This document shows, piece after piece, positions 60,536-64,000 of a stretch of 64,000 bases of DNA. The notes under the pieces were generated by a model. It saw only the letters and a list, made by a program, of their open reading frames with translations, made no database searches and was not told the DNA's origin. Position numbers and translations under genes: made by a program. The DNA is from Monocercomonoides exilis PA203 (lineage: Eukaryota; Protista; Preaxostyla), in the NCBI GenBank assembly GCA_001643675.2, contig LSRY02000010.1, forward strand, positions 1,488,001-1,552,000, read 5' to 3'. Each line of letters begins with the position of its first letter. Positions within the stretch are counted from its first letter, which is position 1.

Positions 60536-60616
60536 TTTTGTGACCGGCTGAGCCCATAATGCAGAGCTCACTCCCTTAATAAAGAGGTGTTGTAGATAGA
60601 TTTTTCTCCGCGAAAT
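60536..60616. repeat. DIRS-B right ITR + right extension
   Basis: Inverted copy of 55832-55894 with one mismatch, then gatttttctccgcga-AAT. Confidence 0.95.
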
Positions 60617-60875
60617 AAAAAAATTTTTTTATAAAAAAATGTGAAAATATTGCCTAATATAATTATTGAATATACATTACTCGAATAAATTATTGAAATA
60701 TAAAAATCCAAGTTTTTTTTAGAATTTTCATAAATACTGACGGATTCAATTAATGATTGAATGAAGTGAAAAAAATTTATTTTTCCGTAACACATGTTGA
60801 TTTTATATTTACGTATAATTGATATTTCTTTTAGAAGATTTCAAAATGAAAGCCTTTTTTAAACAGTACATTTTG

Positions 60876-61190
60876 TAGGCCTCTGCGACAGACCGACATT
60901 TTCAATTCAACTCGACAACTCGACCTACAATTATATCGAGTTTATATTTTTTGGTTATTATAAAAATAAAAATTTAAATTTTAATTTTTTTGAGAAAAAA
61001 ACGAAATAAAATCTTTTTCAATATTTTTTAATCTATAAATATAAATAATTTTATAACGAAATAAATAATCATAACATTTTCTTTTTTTATTCTGAAATTC
61101 TATTAATAATAATGGGTTATCGACAGATCTTTGTCGAGATCAGTCGAACGACAAAGATCAGTCGTTTGACAAAGATCAGTCGAGTTGTTA
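60876..61190 (+). mobile_element. Terminus of a related hAT-family element (partner end not seen in window)
   Basis: TAGGCCTCTGCGACAGA (60876-60892) matches the hAT TIR 15/17. TCGACAGATCTTT and AGATCAGTC repeats at 61120-61185 mirror 7070-7146. Confidence 0.75.
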
Positions 61191-62226
61191 GATATAACTA
61201 AAAGCAAATGATTTTTTAACAATTGCTTTTTTTTTTTTTATTTTGAGACTTTCTCTCACTTAAAGATTTCACTTTTTTTTAATTTTTGAATAATGCTTGC
61301 TTTGATTTCTTATTTTGAAGTTCAATGATTTGGTTAAATTTGATTCCAAATGATGGATTGTTCAAACAACACTTTTTAATCATTTTTTACAAGAAGAAAC
61401 AGAGTTTTGCGTGTTTCAAACAACAAACATTTATTTTCTTTTCGTTTTTTATTTTTGATTCATATTTGATCATCGTTTCAAAAATAACATTTGATTGTTG
61501 TGGAAATTATATGAAACGATAAAATTGAAGTTTGTAGACTATTGTTATTGCCAATAGTTGAAAAAATCTTTTGTTCAAAGTTAAAATATGCACAAAAACG
61601 TATGATGTGATTCTTTTTCTGTTTCATGAAACCGTGATAATATATAAGTTAAAGAATATTATTTTCGAAACAAAATAAGTTAATGAAACGAAGTTCTGAT
61701 TATTCCGTATTATCCAGAGAATGAAATGTCGCTCTATTGGAGTGCGTGAGCGAGATGACATGAAAATTAGGAAACTGCAATGGTGATGAAGGATCAGATG
61801 GAGCCACATGCGAACCCGAAGAGGACTTGGAAAAGAAGGTTGCTGGAATGATAAAATAGTTTGATGACGTGAAAAACGTCACATTTGTCGAAAGAAATTG
61901 TTTGAAAGAAGAGAGAAGGCGAAAGGGGGAAGAATGAGAATGAAAATGAAAATGAGAAGAAGAAAAAGATGATGATGATGATGGAATAAAAGAGAAAGAT
62001 GAGGAAAAAAAGGAAGAAGAAGAAGAAGAAGAAGAAGAACGAAATAGAGAAGGAGAAAAGGAAGAGGAAGAGGAAGAGGAGGAAGAGGAGGAAGAGGAGG
62101 AAGAATGATTGGAAGATTTTTTTTGGGCTGTTACGAATGTGAGTTGAAGAAGAAGAAGAAAAGAAGACGATGAAGTTAAAAGAACTCTCTTTGTTTAAGT
62201 TTTTTCGATTGCTTTCGCAAAAGTTT

Positions 62227-64000
62227 TCATTTGCTTGTCTTGCTAAATGCTTCACTATCATCTTCATCTTCTTTTTCGTCACTTTCATCATCATCATCGC
62301 TATCTCTCTTCTCCATCTTCCTCGTCTCCTTCATCTCTGCCCTCTCTCTTTCCGAACTCGCCTCAAACAGCCTGAATTCCTTCCACCCGACACACACTTT
62401 CTTCTTCACCTTGTCTGGAATCATCTCTTTTGGCGCCTCATATTCAAATCTCCCTTTTTTCGAAAAGCAAAAAGAGCCATCTGAAACATGCGGGCGCGGA
62501 AGAGAGATCGGAATGAGCAGCTCAAATTCGAGCAGAAAACACAAAGTCAAAAACGGGTGCGGATAGCAAAAGCGAACAAAAGATGTTTTTTTGGCTTTTG
62601 AAGGAGGCAAGTAATTGACAATGTTCATCTTTTTGCCGTCTTTGCGCTGCATCGAAGAAGCTTTGCCTTTCACTAGAGGAATCGAAAGAGGCTTTTCAGG
62701 TAGCATTTTGTGGGTGTTGTGCACGAAAACACGAAGGGTGTAGGAGAGGATGATGACAGACTGATCATCTGAGGGGAAAAAATAAAATTAATAAATTAAC
62801 AAAAAAAAAAAAAAATAAGAAGTTAATTGCTTGATTAATTAATCATAATCACTTCAAAAGCACAAACCGTTGTCTATCCCATTTTCTGCTAGTCTGATGA
62901 AATTAACTTTTGCTCTGATCTGCTCTTCGAGCGATGCATCCATCTTCACACAAACATTCTCCAATTTCAGTGTCAGCGGCACAACTTCCATTGGATTCGC
63001 CAGGTGATTTCCAAAGAAGAGCGGGCGCTGTGTTACAACTGCACGTAGAGTGCGATAACCAGAAGGGAAAAGAGAAAGAGAGAGGGTGGAGAAGCTGAAA
63101 TCTTGGTATTTCTCTTTCGTCTGCTCCTTCTCTGTGGTACTGGGCTGTTCACAGAAGTCGCCCCGCTCCCAAAAACTCTGATCCAGTCAGGATGTACCAA
63201 GAAAGGGAACATATTTTGATTTTGACAGATCTTCATTCTCAATCTCTTCTCTCAGCGTTGCTTCCTCGTCTTCTTCTCCTTCATCGTCGTTGTTATTGCT
63301 TTCATCCTCACAATCATCATCTTCTTCGTCTTCATTCCTGTCTTCTTCTTTGTCATCTTCATCGCAGTCTTCATCATCTTCGTCGCTTCCCTCATCAGAA
63401 CTTCTTTTTCGATTTGATTTCTTTCGCTTCAAATGTGAATTAGTTCTTTTCATCTGCCCGCTCTTTTTCTTCTTCTTTTGAGTTGCTTTCTTTTTTGCAT
63501 TGCCTTTTGCTGTTTTCTGCTTTTGTATCTTTTCCTTTGCTAATGCGTGGATAATCCTCTGCTTCTCTTTCATTTTTTCTTCTTCTGATTCTTCCAGGAC
63601 CGATATCACAAGATTCAATGTCCGCATTAAAATCCGAACTTGAGGAGTTTTTCTGCTTTGGAATGGAGCATTCTCTTTCATTTTTCTTTTTTTCTTTCAA
63701 CTGGCTCGTCTTCATTTTCCCAGTTCTTTTGTCTTTCACTTGTCATTTTGATAAAAATTTGTCACTTCTTCATTTTGGATTTCAGTTTTCTTCTTACTCT
63801 TCCATGTTTTCAGCTCCGCTTTCATCAGCATTTTGTTCTTCTGCTTTCTTTTTCTTTCGCGAAGGATCCAGTTCTGCTGGATCTGCTTCAATGAAGTCTT
63901 TTTGCTCGAGCAATTTTTTCTTCATCGTCTCCTTTTAAATCACTCGATGAGCTTGCGATATGACACCCACTTTTGACAATGATACATTCCGCTCGTCAAT
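62227..64000 (-). pseudogene. Fragmented gene of unknown function with acidic/basic low-complexity tracts
   Basis: Coding-like minus-strand ORFs (63187-63681, 62227-62724), an intron-like T-rich segment near 62770-62850, and stops/frameshifts. Runs off the window. Confidence 0.35.

Larger units (their letters stand above)
55793..60616 (+). mobile_element. DIRS1-type retrotransposon copy B, full length (4.8 kb), near-intact
   Basis: ITRs 55832-55894 and 60536-60598 (62/63); perfect ICR; three overlapping ORFs; three nonsense codons and no frameshifts seen. Confidence 0.95.

Noticed and set aside
61120-61185. Short spaced repeats resembling a CRISPR array
   Set aside because: Units are ~10 nt with no spacers, the context is eukaryotic, and they match hAT subterminal repeats.
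61930-62170. (GAA/GAG/GAT)n purine tracts
   Set aside because: Ordinary low-complexity remnants, common throughout the window.

Overview
AT-rich eukaryotic (protist) DNA with short GT-AG introns (~55-85 nt) and the standard genetic code. The expanded beta-helix surface-protein/kinase-like family and Ser/Glu-rich genes suggest an oxymonad such as Monocercomonoides (inference, not searched). Only three genes look intact: a hAT transposase, a 2772-aa single-pass surface protein with a kinase-like tail, and a 6-exon short-chain dehydrogenase. The rest is nested mobile DNA and decayed multigene-family copies. (1) A 6.0-kb hAT element (8-bp TSD GTTTACGC) carries a host kinase-tail fragment and sits inside a probable second TIR element. 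(2) Two divergent DIRS1-type tyrosine-recombinase retrotransposons have fully resolvable ITR/ICR architecture. (3) The first DIRS is split within its recombinase ORF by a 16.3-kb TIR element (GGG...CCC ends, ATAT TSD). This element contains a Sola2-like DDD transposase with a ubiquitin-specific protease (USP) domain in the same reading frame, plus a decayed cargo gene holding a gapless 76-aa ubiquitin-like domain and Cys-rich motifs. This ubiquitin/deubiquitinase-bearing giant transposon is the main candidate for an undescribed system. All family assignments come from motifs read by eye; no database searches were run.
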